Positions 1-11,998 of a stretch of 64,000 nucleotides of DNA are shown here, in pieces. The notes under the pieces are model-generated. The model did no database searches, was not told where the DNA came from, and saw nothing but the letters and a program-made list of their open reading frames with translations. The number at the start of each line of letters is the position of its first letter. Position 1 is the first letter of the stretch. The stretch spans positions 68,820,001 through 68,884,000 of the forward strand of contig OZ024746.1 of the NCBI GenBank assembly GCA_964016885.1, read 5' to 3'. This DNA is from Eledone cirrhosa. Its lineage: Eukaryota. The translations under genes and the position numbers were made by a program.

Positions 1-2126
1 AATTCTAAGAGTAACAGACCAAATTCCTTGTTCTGTTTCGTTATAGCTTTTTTACATTGTGAGTTTAAATTCTGCACAAGTCAAATTTGTCTTTCATGAT
101 TTCAGTTCCAATAAAATAAAGTAACAATTAAGTACTGGTTTTGATATAATCGACTATATACACACCCCACCAACCACCACACAGCACCACTACAATTTGA
201 GGCATTGTGCCTATGTAAGTAATCAATACTATAGATAGTGAATAGCTGAGTGGTGGTTAAAATACTGAATTACTGACTCTCAAAACTTACTTCAGCTATT
301 GTGTGATAGTGTGTATGTGTTCTCGTGTGTGCATGTGTATGTATGTGTGTGCATGTGTGTTGTTGTTGTTTAACCCACCCACCCCACCCCCCACTCTCCG
401 CCTTGGTGAACTTTGGCTAATCAGACTTTTTAACAAAGGCATTCTAGTCACGACTCTCACATTTATTTTCAAACAGTGTATCTAAGACCACATTATCCTG
501 TTTGTACAACCTTTTTCATACGATGGTAGAGTCTGATTTTAGCGAGATTTGGTTGCTATATTTAACAGGTCAAGGAACCCTGCTGAGCTGTGGTTTTCAT
601 TCTGTATATCACATTTGTAGCAGTTGCCTCCCTTGTTGTGACACTCACAACACCATCTAGACAGGAAGTAGAACCCTTTCTGTAACTTCCGGTCAGAACC
701 CTATAAAACTAACAACTTTAAGTTCTCACTCTCTCATTTGCCCTTCCGGCGCCTGGCGTTCGCCAGGCGTCTTCTGCCAGCCTGCGTTTGCCTGGCAATC
801 AAAACGGTAACTACTAACTTTGCTTCATTCTTTCGTTTATTCATTGACATGTCAACTATACTGTTAAATTGTTGATTAAATATTATACACACAAACCATG
901 TCTCCTTGTTACATTCATACACGCTAGTAGCCCCGCTATACATTGATCAGGATATTTAACTCCTTTTGTAAATTAGAAAGCCATTTTAGCCAACTTCTAG
1001 TTTGTGCTTGATATGAATTGCATTTGACTATTAGCCCTCTTCATAAAGTGATGGATAAGGGCCATTGTTTTCTAATGAAAGACCTACAAGCTGTGAAATA
1101 TGTAAAAGAAATCTTTAATGTTTTTTTTCTGTATATAAAAAGAATAACAATGTTTTTCAGAACAAGACTTACAAACTCTATATATACCTATATTAAATTT
1201 ATCTTATATTTTATCTTTGATTTTTTTTTCAGAGCTGCTAATTAAAATTCAACATTAATCCCCATTTTAATTATGTTCACTCTCACCCATAAACAAGCAC
1301 AATCTTCCATTTAACCCATTAATTACCACATTTTCAATGAAATACAACACGTTTTTTAATTGGTTTTGTAAATAATCGACAATTTGAAGTAATTTAGAAA
1401 AATAACTAACCATAAACACCTAGTCGACGCTATAAGGTGGCTGAATTCACCTGAACTGAATTGTCTTATAACATAACAACCCATCTAACCGCTGCAAACA
1501 TGGAAAATAAATGGTGAACGGTGATGATGGTTAATAATTTGGCATTTAGTACATAGCTTACCAGAAACATTCTTCTATGACATTATTTTTTATTTGAATA
1601 GGAATACTTTAAAACAAAAGGCTTGTAATCATAAAATTTGAACAATTTGGAGCAGTTTTGGGCAGGTTGGTCCAAAAACAGTTCATGTTTAATTTTCAAA
1701 GAGTATGGTTATAATGTCAAACAAATTGTCACCATCCTAAAGAAATTTAAAAAGCATTGATTTATAGAATCTCTCATTAGTTCATATCAAGTACTGTTTT
1801 GAGTCTTTGAGTAGGATGTATAATTATTGACTTCAGAATGCAGTGTTAACAAATAGGAGCTATTCACATTTTAACAGACTGATGTTTATTAGTTGATAAG
1901 GACATCCAGTCATGAAAATAATTGCTATAGTAATGCAAATTTATAGATACTATTACACCTCAGATACCATAGAAAATGTCTGTAAAGTAGTCACAAGGAA
2001 ACAAAAAAATATTGTAAAAATTAACTTTCTAGTCTCTCACATACACAGTTGATTAAACAATCTTGAGCAAGCAGGCAAATTTTGTTAAATCAAGTATATT
2101 ATCATATGATCTTGTATACTATGAAG

Positions 2127-2171
<45 letters not shown>

Positions 2172-2176
<5 letters not shown>

Positions 2177-3170
2177 TAACAGATTAAACAGATTAAAGAA
2201 TTGCTACTTTCACCCTTAACGGGATCTTCTGAAACTAACAAAGTCAATCTTTATCATTGATTGACCAATGATTAAAAATATAGATATAAATATATATATA
2301 GTAATAATAATAAATTTGAAGACTAAAATCCAAAGAGGGCTCGATAAGGAGAAATATATATCAGATATATAAGAACCGTAGAGCAAATATTTATTAAAAT
2401 AACAGATTAAAGTTTAAGCAAAGAATTGCTGCTTTCACCCTTAACGGGATCTTCTGAAACTAAAAAAATTACACGCAAAGACAAAACCACATTTATGGTA
2501 TAAAAGAAGTCGTAGACTAATATTCTATTAGGTGGTTCATAGAGACGCTTGTTCTCCCTGCTCCACATATGAAGTATTATCTTAGTTTTTTCCGTTCATT
2601 GCCAGAGAACGTCTCTATGAACCACCTAATAGAATATTAGTCTACAACTTCTTTTATACCATAAACGTGGTTTTGTCTTTGCGTGTAAATGTTTTTCACC
2701 GCACCAAATAATGATGTATTATATTCGTTTTTTCCCGTTCTTTGCCAGGGAACGTTTCCACGAACCAAAGTATCGTCTTCCTGTCTTCCTCCGATTGCAA
2801 CATTTTTTGAAATATTCACTTCTGCATTCACAGATTGACTTTGTTAGTTTCAGAAGATCCTGTTAAAGGTGAAAGCAGCGATTCTTTGCTTAAACTTTAA
2901 TCTGTTATTTTAATAAATATTTGCTCTACGGTTCTTATATATCTGATATATATTTATCCTTATCGAGCCCTCTTTGGATTTTAGTCTTCAAATTTATTAT
3001 TATTACTATATATATATATTTATATCTATATTTTTTATCATTGGTCAATCAATGATAAACATTGATTGCCAGATAAATTAACTATAGAGATATAAAAGAT
3101 ACAGAAACGAAAGTGTGTTTTATTATTATTTCTGGTAATATTATAACAATATGACCCTCCCCAAATATAT
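2172..3170. mobile_element. Nested fold-back element with hammerhead-like motifs (Penelope-like pLTR/retrozyme-type remnant)
   Basis: Outer inverted repeat 2250-2463/2844-3059, inner inverted repeat 2469-2547/2610-2688, and a third partial copy at 2172-2250. Starts directly after (TA)n. The 3' tail 3040-3170 is shared with the element at 14840-15205. Confidence 0.7.
2846..2896 (+). ncRNA. Type I hammerhead-like motif, variant core CAGAAGA (inverted copy at 2411-2461, minus strand)
   Basis: AGTTT-CAGAAGA-T CCT GTTAA AGG T-GAAA-GCA..TGC-TT-AAACT. Stem I AGTTT/AAACT and stems II and III pair. Stem II is CCC/GGG in the minus copy. Core U4 is replaced by A. Confidence 0.55.
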
Positions 3171-3174
3171 ATTC

Positions 3175-3675
3175 ATCATCATCATCATCATTTAACGTCC
3201 ATGTTCCACACTTGCATGGGTTTGGACGGGAGTTTTCCCACTTGTGGCAAGAGTGGTTGTCTTGCTCGCATAGGACTGTCTGGCGGGTTTTCTACAGCTG
3301 GATGCCCTTCCTAACACCAACCACATTTACAGTGTGGGGCTGGGAGGTTTTTACCGTGTTGCCTACACGACCACATTACAGCGTGGACTGTGTGTTTTTT
3401 TGTCGTGACACCTACACGATCTCATTTGTTTCGGCCTGGATGTTGTGGCACCAACATAACTTTACATTGAAAGGGGCGGTGTGGATGGGGTGGGGGTGTA
3501 TTTTGTTAGAGATGCCTACTGACTGTAGTAGATTTTACTTTGTATTTAGGTAAGGCGGGTCTTCTCTATTACTGAGTACCGCCAAAGGTCTCGGTCCAGT
3601 GACATTGTCTTGGAGAGGTGTAAGTGTGTGAGGTCGGAATTTATCAGCTCGTCCCAGGTTTTTCTGGGTCTGCCT
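3175..3675 (-). mobile_element. 5'-truncated RTE LINE copy (ORF end + 3' UTR + (TGA)n tail)
   Basis: Minus strand encodes GRPRKTWDELINSDLTHLHLSKTMSLDRDLWRYSVIEKTRLT, near-identical to the end of the 27538-29919 ORF. 3' UTR matches 63752-64000. Confidence 0.9.
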
Positions 3676-3729
3676 AATATATATATATACATGTATATAT
3701 ATAAAAATATACATGTATATATGTAGGTG

Positions 3730-3768
<39 letters not shown>

Positions 3769-3829
3769 ATATATATGTGTGTGCATATATATATATGTGT
3801 GTATATGTGCATATATATATGTGTGTGTG

Positions 3830-3876
<47 letters not shown>

Positions 3877-3878
<2 letters not shown>

Positions 3879-4230
3879 AGGCACATGGCTTAGTGGTTAG
3901 AGCATTGGCCTTGCAATCGAAAGGTTGTGAGTTCAATTCTCAGACCGGGTGATGTGTTGTTTCCTTGAGCAAGACACTTTATTTCACATTGCTCCAGTTT
4001 ACTCAGCTGTAGAAATGAGATGATAGGGACTGGGGTCCATATCATTCCACTGCAAAGTGGTCGTGGAGGTGCCACAGAAAAAAAGCACCCAGCACTCACT
4101 GTAAATGAGGTTGGTGTTAGGAAGGGCATCCAGCTGTAGAAATCAAGCCAGAATCAGTTCCCGTCCCACCCTTGCAAGCAGGGAAAAAGCGGACGCAAAA
4201 TGAAATGATGATGATGATGATGAATGATGA
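3877..4230 (+). mobile_element. tRNA-derived SINE family A (CORE-like centre, RTE-derived 3' tail)
   Basis: A-box-like TGGCTTAGTGG and B-box-like GAGTTCAATTC; centre CCTTGAGCAAGACACTT; tail matches the RTE 3' UTR at ~49260-49423; ends in (TGA)n. Many copies in the window. Confidence 0.9.
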
Positions 4231-4434
4231 TATATATATATATATGATATTCCTGTATTTTCTAAAAAGAATTACCCAGTGCATCAATAGTTTGTATGGA
4301 AGCTTGTGTACATCCAAAGCTGTGCAGAATAGATATCTAATTCAAACAGAATCTGTTATATGACAGCACTTGGCTGGAATTTGAGGGGCCTGATTCAATG
4401 ATATCTGAAATAAGCTGCCAAAGAAACATCAACA

Positions 4435-5250
4435 CCATCATCATCACCGTTTAATGTCCATTTTCCACACTAGCAGAGGTTATACAAGTTGTCCTGTTGT
4501 GAACAATGCCAGGTCAGGCAACCATGTCTTGCTCATACTGAACTAATTGTGGCTTGGTTTCTACAGCTGGATGCCTTTCCTAATGCCAACCTCATTTACA
4601 GTGAGTACTCTGTGCTTTTTGTCATCACGCCTACATGACAGTGTGGACTGAGTGCTTTTTGTTGTATACCTAAAATGACAGCATAATTAGTATAATAAAT
4701 ATCTATATATATATAATCTTCATCATCCCTGTTTAATGTCTATTTCTCCATGATAGCAAGGGTTAGACAAGTTGTCCAATTGTGAGACAAGCCAGATCAG
4801 TTGACAGTGTCTAACTCGTACAGAACTGATTCTGGCTTGGTATCCTTCCTAATGCTAATCATGACACCAACACAACTACTTTACAGTGTGGGCTAGGTGC
4901 TTTTGTCGTGTCGCCATCATGACCACATTACAGGGTGAACTGTGTTTAGTGTCAACTTCTATCACTGACACAACCACCCTACAGGGTGGGCTGGGGGACT
5001 TTTGTCACCATCACGACCACAACCACCTTACATGGCAGACTGGGTACTCTTTGTCATGACACCAACCCAACCGCTTTACAGGGCCAATCAGGTACCTTCA
5101 GTTGTGCCACCAACAAGACCACTTTACAGGGTTGTCTGGCTGCCTCCTGTCATGTCCCCAACATGACCACCTCACAACATGGACTGGGTGCTTATTTGTC
5201 ATGTCACCAGCATGACCACCTTGCAGGGGGGTTAGGTGCTCTTTTGTCAT
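4435..5250 (-). mobile_element. Diverged RTE/SINE 3' tail remnants with internal tandem repeats
   Basis: (CAT)n tails and TTTCTACAGCTGGATGCC motifs; repeated ~43-bp ACCAC.TTACAGGG..GACTGGGTGC units at 4860-5250. Confidence 0.6.
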
Positions 5251-5548
5251 GATATATATATATAAAGAGAGAGAGAGAGAGAGAGATTTAGATAATTTTA
5301 AAAGCCATACAATGCATTAGAAAATTAAAGTTGCCAAGATAATAATAGAATCTTACTGTAGCAAATTTAATAATCCAAAATATTTCTGGGTTTAAAAGTC
5401 CCTTAATAAGGGAGTATCCCTGTGAAGGGCTTAAAGGATCGATCGAAGATGAGTTGTTGTTAGGAAGGTAGATTTAACAATCATAAAACAATGAACTAAT
5501 TCTCTACCTACACTTGACTTCTGTTTTACTTGTTCAAACACATATATG

Positions 5549-5584
<36 letters not shown>

Positions 5585-5587
<3 letters not shown>

Positions 5588-6230
5588 TCATCGTTTAATG
5601 TCCATCTTCCACGCTAGCATGGGTTTAGACGGGAATTGTCCCACTTGAGGCAAGATTGGTTGTCTCGTTCATATAGGACTGTCTGGCAGGTTTTCTATGG
5701 CTGGATGAGCTTCCTAACACCAACCATGTTTACAGTGTGGACTGGGAGGTTGTTACCGTGTTACCTACACGGCCACATTTCAGCGTGGACTGTGTTTTTT
5801 TGTCGTGACACCTACACGACCTCATTTATTTAGGACTGGATGTTGTGGTACCAACATAACTTCACAGAGAATGGGGTGGTGTTGATGGGGGTGGGGGAGT
5901 TGGGGTAGTGGGATGGGGTGCCTACTGACTGTAGGTTTCACTCTGTACTTAGGGAAGGCGAGTCTTCTATATTACTGCATAGCACCAAAGATCTCAGTCC
6001 AGTGACATTGTCTTGGTGAGGTTTAAGTGTGTAAGGTCGGAATTTATCAAATCGTCCCAGGTTTTTCTGGGTCTACCTACTCTGTAACTTCCGTCAATTT
6101 TGATCGCCCTGCACTTTTTTATACAGCTGTCGTCTTTCATGTGCATCACGTGACCATACTAACGTAGTCTTCTCTCGAGTAAACAACATCTAATCCCCCT
6201 TATACCTAATTTCTCACTTAGTTCATTTAT
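5585..6230 (-). mobile_element. 5'-truncated, diverged RTE LINE copy
   Basis: Reverse complement of the RTE C-terminal coding region (~29650-29919) and 3' UTR; both ends border (TA)n. Confidence 0.85.
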
Positions 6231-6307
6231 ATATATATGAAGTATTTCCATAGGAAGGGTATAAAGGGAAGGAGAGTGCTCTATGTATGCTACAGAGCTA
6301 TTTAATT

Positions 6308-6502
6308 ATGTAATAAACAACATAAGACAATTATTCCATTTACGAAAGGTTTCATGAAGACAGACGAGTTAACGTCTCTGTTGAGCTCGTCTGTCTTCAT
6401 GAAACCTTTGGTAAATGGAATAATTGTCTTATGTTGTTTATTACATGGGGACCCTTTGTCTCCTCCTGGCAATGAATATTTATTGGCCTAGTCAGCCACT
6501 GT
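6308..6502. repeat. 139-bp near-perfect palindrome with a hammerhead 3' half and a unique tail
   Basis: 6308-6446 folds back on itself. The right arm reads GAAACC TTT GGTA (GAAA-stem III-GUA). The tail GGGGACCCTTTGTCTCC...GCCACTG is repeated at 7238-7292. Confidence 0.8.
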
Positions 6503-6700
6503 ATATATATATGTGTGTGTGTGTGTGTATGTATGTATATATGCATATATATATATACACATATATATATATATAATATAGAAGAGCTTCTACAGGACTA
6601 GAACTGTTCCATTCATTACTTACTGTGGTTACCACCGATTCAACCCAGAATAACTTATCTTATATATATATATATATACACATACATACATATATATATA

Positions 6701-7060
6701 TGGAGGCACATGGCTTAATGATGGAGGCACATAGCTTAGTGGTTAGAGCATTGGCCTTGCAATCGAAAGGTTGTGAGTCTATTCTCAGACCGGGTGATGT
6801 GTTGTTTCCTTGAGCAAGACACTTTATTTCACATTGCTCCAGTTTACTCAGCTGTAGAAATGAGATGATAGGGATTGGGATCCCTATCATTCCACTGTAA
6901 AGTGGACGTGAAGGGGCCACGGCAAAAAAGCACCCAGCACTCACTGTAAATAAGGTTGGTGTTAGGAAGGGCATCCAACTGTAGAAATCAAGCCAGAATC
7001 AGTTCCCGTCCCACCCTTGCAAGCAGGGAAAAGCGGACGTAAAATGATGATGATGATGAT
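6701..7060 (+). mobile_element. SINE family A, with duplicated first ~21 nt
   Basis: Near-identical to 3877-4230; ATGGAGGCACAT(G/A)GCTTA occurs twice at the 5' end. Confidence 0.9.
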
Positions 7061-7440
7061 ATATATATATATATATGTCAATAGACTGCCAATGATGAAT
7101 GGTCAGTTCTACAATGAAAGTCCCTAGGTAAAATGACCAGAGACAGAATTCTTGTACAAGATGAAAACAACATATATATATAAAAACAGATATGTATATA
7201 TCTGAGCCTGTACAAGTAAGAAAAAGCAGTTGTAGGTGGGGACCCTTTGTCTCCTACTGGCAACGAATATTTTTTGGCCTAGTCAGCCACTGTATATATA
7301 TATATATATGTGTGTGTGTATGTATGTATATATGCATATATATATATATACACATATATTATAAAGAGTTGGGACCTGATGACTGAGCTCTTGCCATTTC
7401 AACAGCTAATACCATATATATATATATAGAACTAGCTGTT

Positions 7441-7660
7441 GAAGGCGTGTGGCTTAGTGGTTAGAGAATTGGATTCGTAATCATGAGGTTCTGAGTTCGA
7501 TTGCTGGACCCGGTGATGCGTTATGTCCTTGAGCAAGACACTTTATTTCACGTTGCTACTTCTACCTGGAGTTGCGACCGATAGATAGTATTAGCAATTG
7601 AAAAGACCAATGGAAACATTGTTTCCTCAGTCCAATTTGAAGAAAGTCTATCTACTGTTG
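7441..7660 (+). mobile_element. SINE family A variant with an alternative 3' tail
   Basis: Same tRNA head and CCTTGAGCAAGACACTT centre, but tail CTACCTGGAGTTGCGACCGATAGATAG; second copy at 41091-41310. Confidence 0.75.
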
Positions 7661-7709
7661 ATATATATATACAAGCCTTCCGGCAATAAGGGACCTTTAG
7701 GGCTTAAGC

Positions 7710-7869
7710 CAGGGCCGTCTTAATGCATGGGCATGCTGGGCAGTTGCCCGGGGTCCCACGAGGATAGGGGGCCCATTTGTATTTATATTCCTGTGTGAGT
7801 GATTGTGTAGGTAGGGGCCTCAGTGTTCTGCTTTGCCCTGGGGCCTATAATGCTGTTAAGATGGACCTG
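7710..7869. mobile_element. hAT-type MITE
   Basis: TIRs CAGGGCCGTCTTAA / TTAAGATGGACCTG and a perfect 8-bp TSD GCTTAAGC (7702-7709, 7870-7877). Confidence 0.85.
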
Positions 7870-8350
7870 GCTTAAGCCCTTCTAATAACGAGGAAATTTG
7901 TTGAATTATATTGATTTTTACTATACTGATTTTCTATTGATTCTAAATATGTTAGTGTAATGTTTTTAATTTGTTTCTTAATCTCGTATTGGTGATAAAA
8001 AAGCATGAGCTAATAATAATAATTGTTTCTACTTTTGGCACAAGGCCAGCAAATACCCAGTGTATTACTGGTACTTTATTTTATCGACCCCGTAAGGATG
8101 AAAGGCAAAGTTAACCCTGGTGGGATATAATACACATGTACAGTATATATACTTAACCCCCACCATGCCAAAATTGTAACATAAGGTCTGATATGTGTGT
8201 GCGTGCATTCTGTAGTGGCTGCTGGCCACTCATATTTATCCCTAAGGGTATTTTACCCAATTTTCAAACGCTATTATCATTGTGGAGAATCTGTATTTGG
8301 ATTTCAACATTTCAAATCATCAAAACGCCTCAATAAATCATAAGATATAT

Positions 8351-9045
8351 ATAGTGAAAGAGTGAAGAATAACATGGTCAACAGTACAAAAAGGGTTTTA
8401 TTTACAGTATTAACAATTGTTTCATTGATTAGGGTGTCTAAAAATTGCTAATCACTTGAAGTTGTGTCACTCAATTTTAAATACATGTATGCCTAATCAA
8501 ATTATCTGAATAACTCAATAACTTGATTAGGCATAAATATAAGTATGTATACAGACGTACAGTAGTATGTATATATATATATGCACACATGTGTGCATGT
8601 ATGTATATATATATATATATATATATACACATACTACTGTACGTCTGTATACATATATGTATGTACGTATACATACTTATATTTAAGTAACAGCCGTACT
8701 AAGAGTGAGAAATGAAATTTCGTTTCATTTTTTCCGTTGATTAGGCATACATGTATTTAAAATAGTGACACAACTTCAAATGATTAGCAATTTTTAGACA
8801 CCCTAATCAATGAAACAATTGTTAATACTGTAAATAAAACCCTTTTTGAACTGTTGACCATGTTATTCTTCACTCTTTCACTATTATTACTCCAAGATTA
8901 ACCTGCATAGGAATTCCCGAGAACTCGCCACCTAACTAAGGAAACCTCTTGTTGAGTCAAACAACGCCGTACGTTAAAACTATCAACAATACGGAGTACT
9001 CACAACCTCTAACTGGATTACCTATATCGTTAATTTGTTATCCCA
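8351..9045. repeat. Nested fold-back element
   Basis: Arms 8351-8500/8737-8884; inner inverted repeat ~8535-8570/8628-8685 around a microsatellite; GAAACAATTGTT at 8812-8823; unique tail to (TA)n at ~9045. Confidence 0.75.
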
Positions 9046-9889
9046 TATATATATATATATATCGTTAAGATCATATCAAATTTATATAATGATTATGATT
9101 AACAAAGGAAACGAATCAATAAAAATATATATATAGGGTTGAAGGCATACACACACAATTACACACTAAAACAGGGAATGCTGGTTTTGCCTTCTGAAAC
9201 TTTTTGGGATATTCATGGCATTGCCACGAGTGATGGCGAGGCTAAATCGGTGGAATAGCCAAGCATCCTCACTAGTATCACTTGATACTTCTTTAAGACA
9301 AGCTGCCAACGATTACAAAAACTTTGTTGTCAGCGTACTGAACATCTCGAATTTTATCGACTGAAAAAAAATTAATTTAAATTACGGTTTTCCAGAAGGT
9401 TTTTCCCTTCGGCTATAGATGCAGTGACCCTACCCCAAGTCACTCCATCGTAGCATTTTTTTTATGAAAAGAGGGGTGCAAAAGACTGTGGTGTGCCATA
9501 TGAGGCATTTGCCTCTAGGTCAAAGGCAAAAGGTATGACAGTAGCGCCTCCCCCAACGACCCTGGAAAATCCGACTGGCTCCAGAGCTGAGACGGATATT
9601 GTCTCAAGATAGTCAAGATATACAATTTTCTAAGTAGGGAATAGCACGAGTATATGTCCACTTTTTCTTTACTAGAGAAATATATATATAAGTTTGTTTA
9701 ATAAAGAAATAGATAGTTAAAGGCAGGTGTATTGAATAAGATATATATATGAAAATATAGTAAAAGTTGTCATTTGTTCGATCACACAAAGCTTGTGTTT
9801 ACTATAGCAGCTGATTCCTCTGCTAGCTTTCAATAACAACATCTAGAGCACTATATCACTAATATGAAAAGAAAGATGAACAGTATTTA

Positions 9890-11665
9890 CATATGTGTGT
9901 GTATATATATATATATATAGATATATATGTGTGTGTGCATATGTATATGCGTGTGTGTGCATATATGCATATATGTGCGTACACATAAATACACGTTTAT
10001 GTGTGCTATATATGTGTGTACGTACATATATATCATGTATGCGTGTATATATATATATATATTTATATAGATATATATATGTGTGTGTACATATGTATAT
10101 GCGTGTGTGTGCATATATGTGCGTACACAAAAATACACGTTTATGTGTGCATATATATGTGTACGTACATATATATCATGTATGCGTGTATATATATACA
10201 TATATTTATATATATATATATATGTGTGTGTACATATGTATATGCGTGTGTGTGCATATATGTGCGTACACAAAAATACACGTTTATGTGTGCATATATA
10301 TGTGTACGTACATATATATCATGTATGCGTGTATATATATACATATATATATATACATATTTATATACATATATATATACATATTTATATACATATATAT
10401 ATATACATATTTATATACATATTTATATACATATATATATATACATATTTATATACATATATATATATACATATTTATATACATATATATATACATATAT
10501 ATATACATATTTATATACATATATATATACATATTTATATACATATATATATACATATTTATATACATATATATATACATATTTATATACATATATATAT
10601 ATACATATTTATATACATATATATATATACATATTTATATACATATATATATATATATATACATATTTATATACATATATATATATATATACATATTTAT
10701 ATACATATATATATATATACACATATTTATATACATATATATATACACATATTTATATACATATATATATATATACATATTTATATACATATATATATAT
10801 ATACATATTAATATACATATATATACATATTTATATACATATATACATATTTATATATATATATACATATTTATATATATATATACATATTTATATATAT
10901 ATATATACATATATATATACATATATACATATATATATACATATATACATATATATATACATATATACATATATATATATATATTCATATTTATATATAT
11001 ATTCATATTTATATATATATTTATATATATATATATATACATATTTATATACATATATATATTTATATATATATATACATATATACATATTTATATACAT
11101 ATATATATATTTATATACATATATATATATTTATATACATATATATATTTATATATATATATACATATTTATATACATATATATATATTTATATACATAT
11201 ATACATATTTATATACATATATATATATTTATATACATATATATATTTATATATATATATACATATATACATATTTATATATATATATATATTCATATTT
11301 ATATATATATTTATATATATATATATACATATTTATATACATATATATATTTATATATATATATACATATATATATTTATATATATATATATACATATAT
11401 ATATTTATATATATATATACATATATATATTTATATATATATATATACATATTTATATACATATATATATTTATATATATATATATATATTTATATACAT
11501 ATATATATTTATATACATATATATATTTATATATATATATTTATATACATATATATATATATTTCTCGCTAAAACAATCTCTATACCTCTCATTTATATA
11601 TATTTATATATATATATACATATTTATATACATATATATATATACATATTTATATACATATATAT

Positions 11666-11713
<48 letters not shown>

Positions 11714-11837
11714 ACATATATATGTGTGTGTATATATATATGTGTGTGCGTGTTATATATATATGTGTGTGTGTTATATATATATATGTGTGTGTTATAT
11801 ATATATATGTGTGTGTTATATATATATATGTGTGTGT

Positions 11838-11872
<35 letters not shown>

Positions 11873-11923
11873 TATATATATATATGTGTGTGTGTGTGTT
11901 ATATATATATGTGTGTGTGTGTG

Positions 11924-11997
<74 letters not shown>

Positions 11998-11998
11998 G
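9890..11998. repeat. ~2.1-kb compound TA/TACA/TG microsatellite with higher-order ~100-130-bp units at its 5' end
   Basis: Directly visible low-complexity array; it generates the spurious 705-aa and 523-aa ORFs. Confidence 0.95.

Noticed and set aside
3877-3950. SINE heads as tRNA genes (GCA anticodon-like loop)
   Set aside because: No proper acceptor stem or cloverleaf; always fused to the SINE body, so tRNA-derived only.
7377-7410. CTGATGA heptamer
   Set aside because: No stem II or GAAA follows; chance match.
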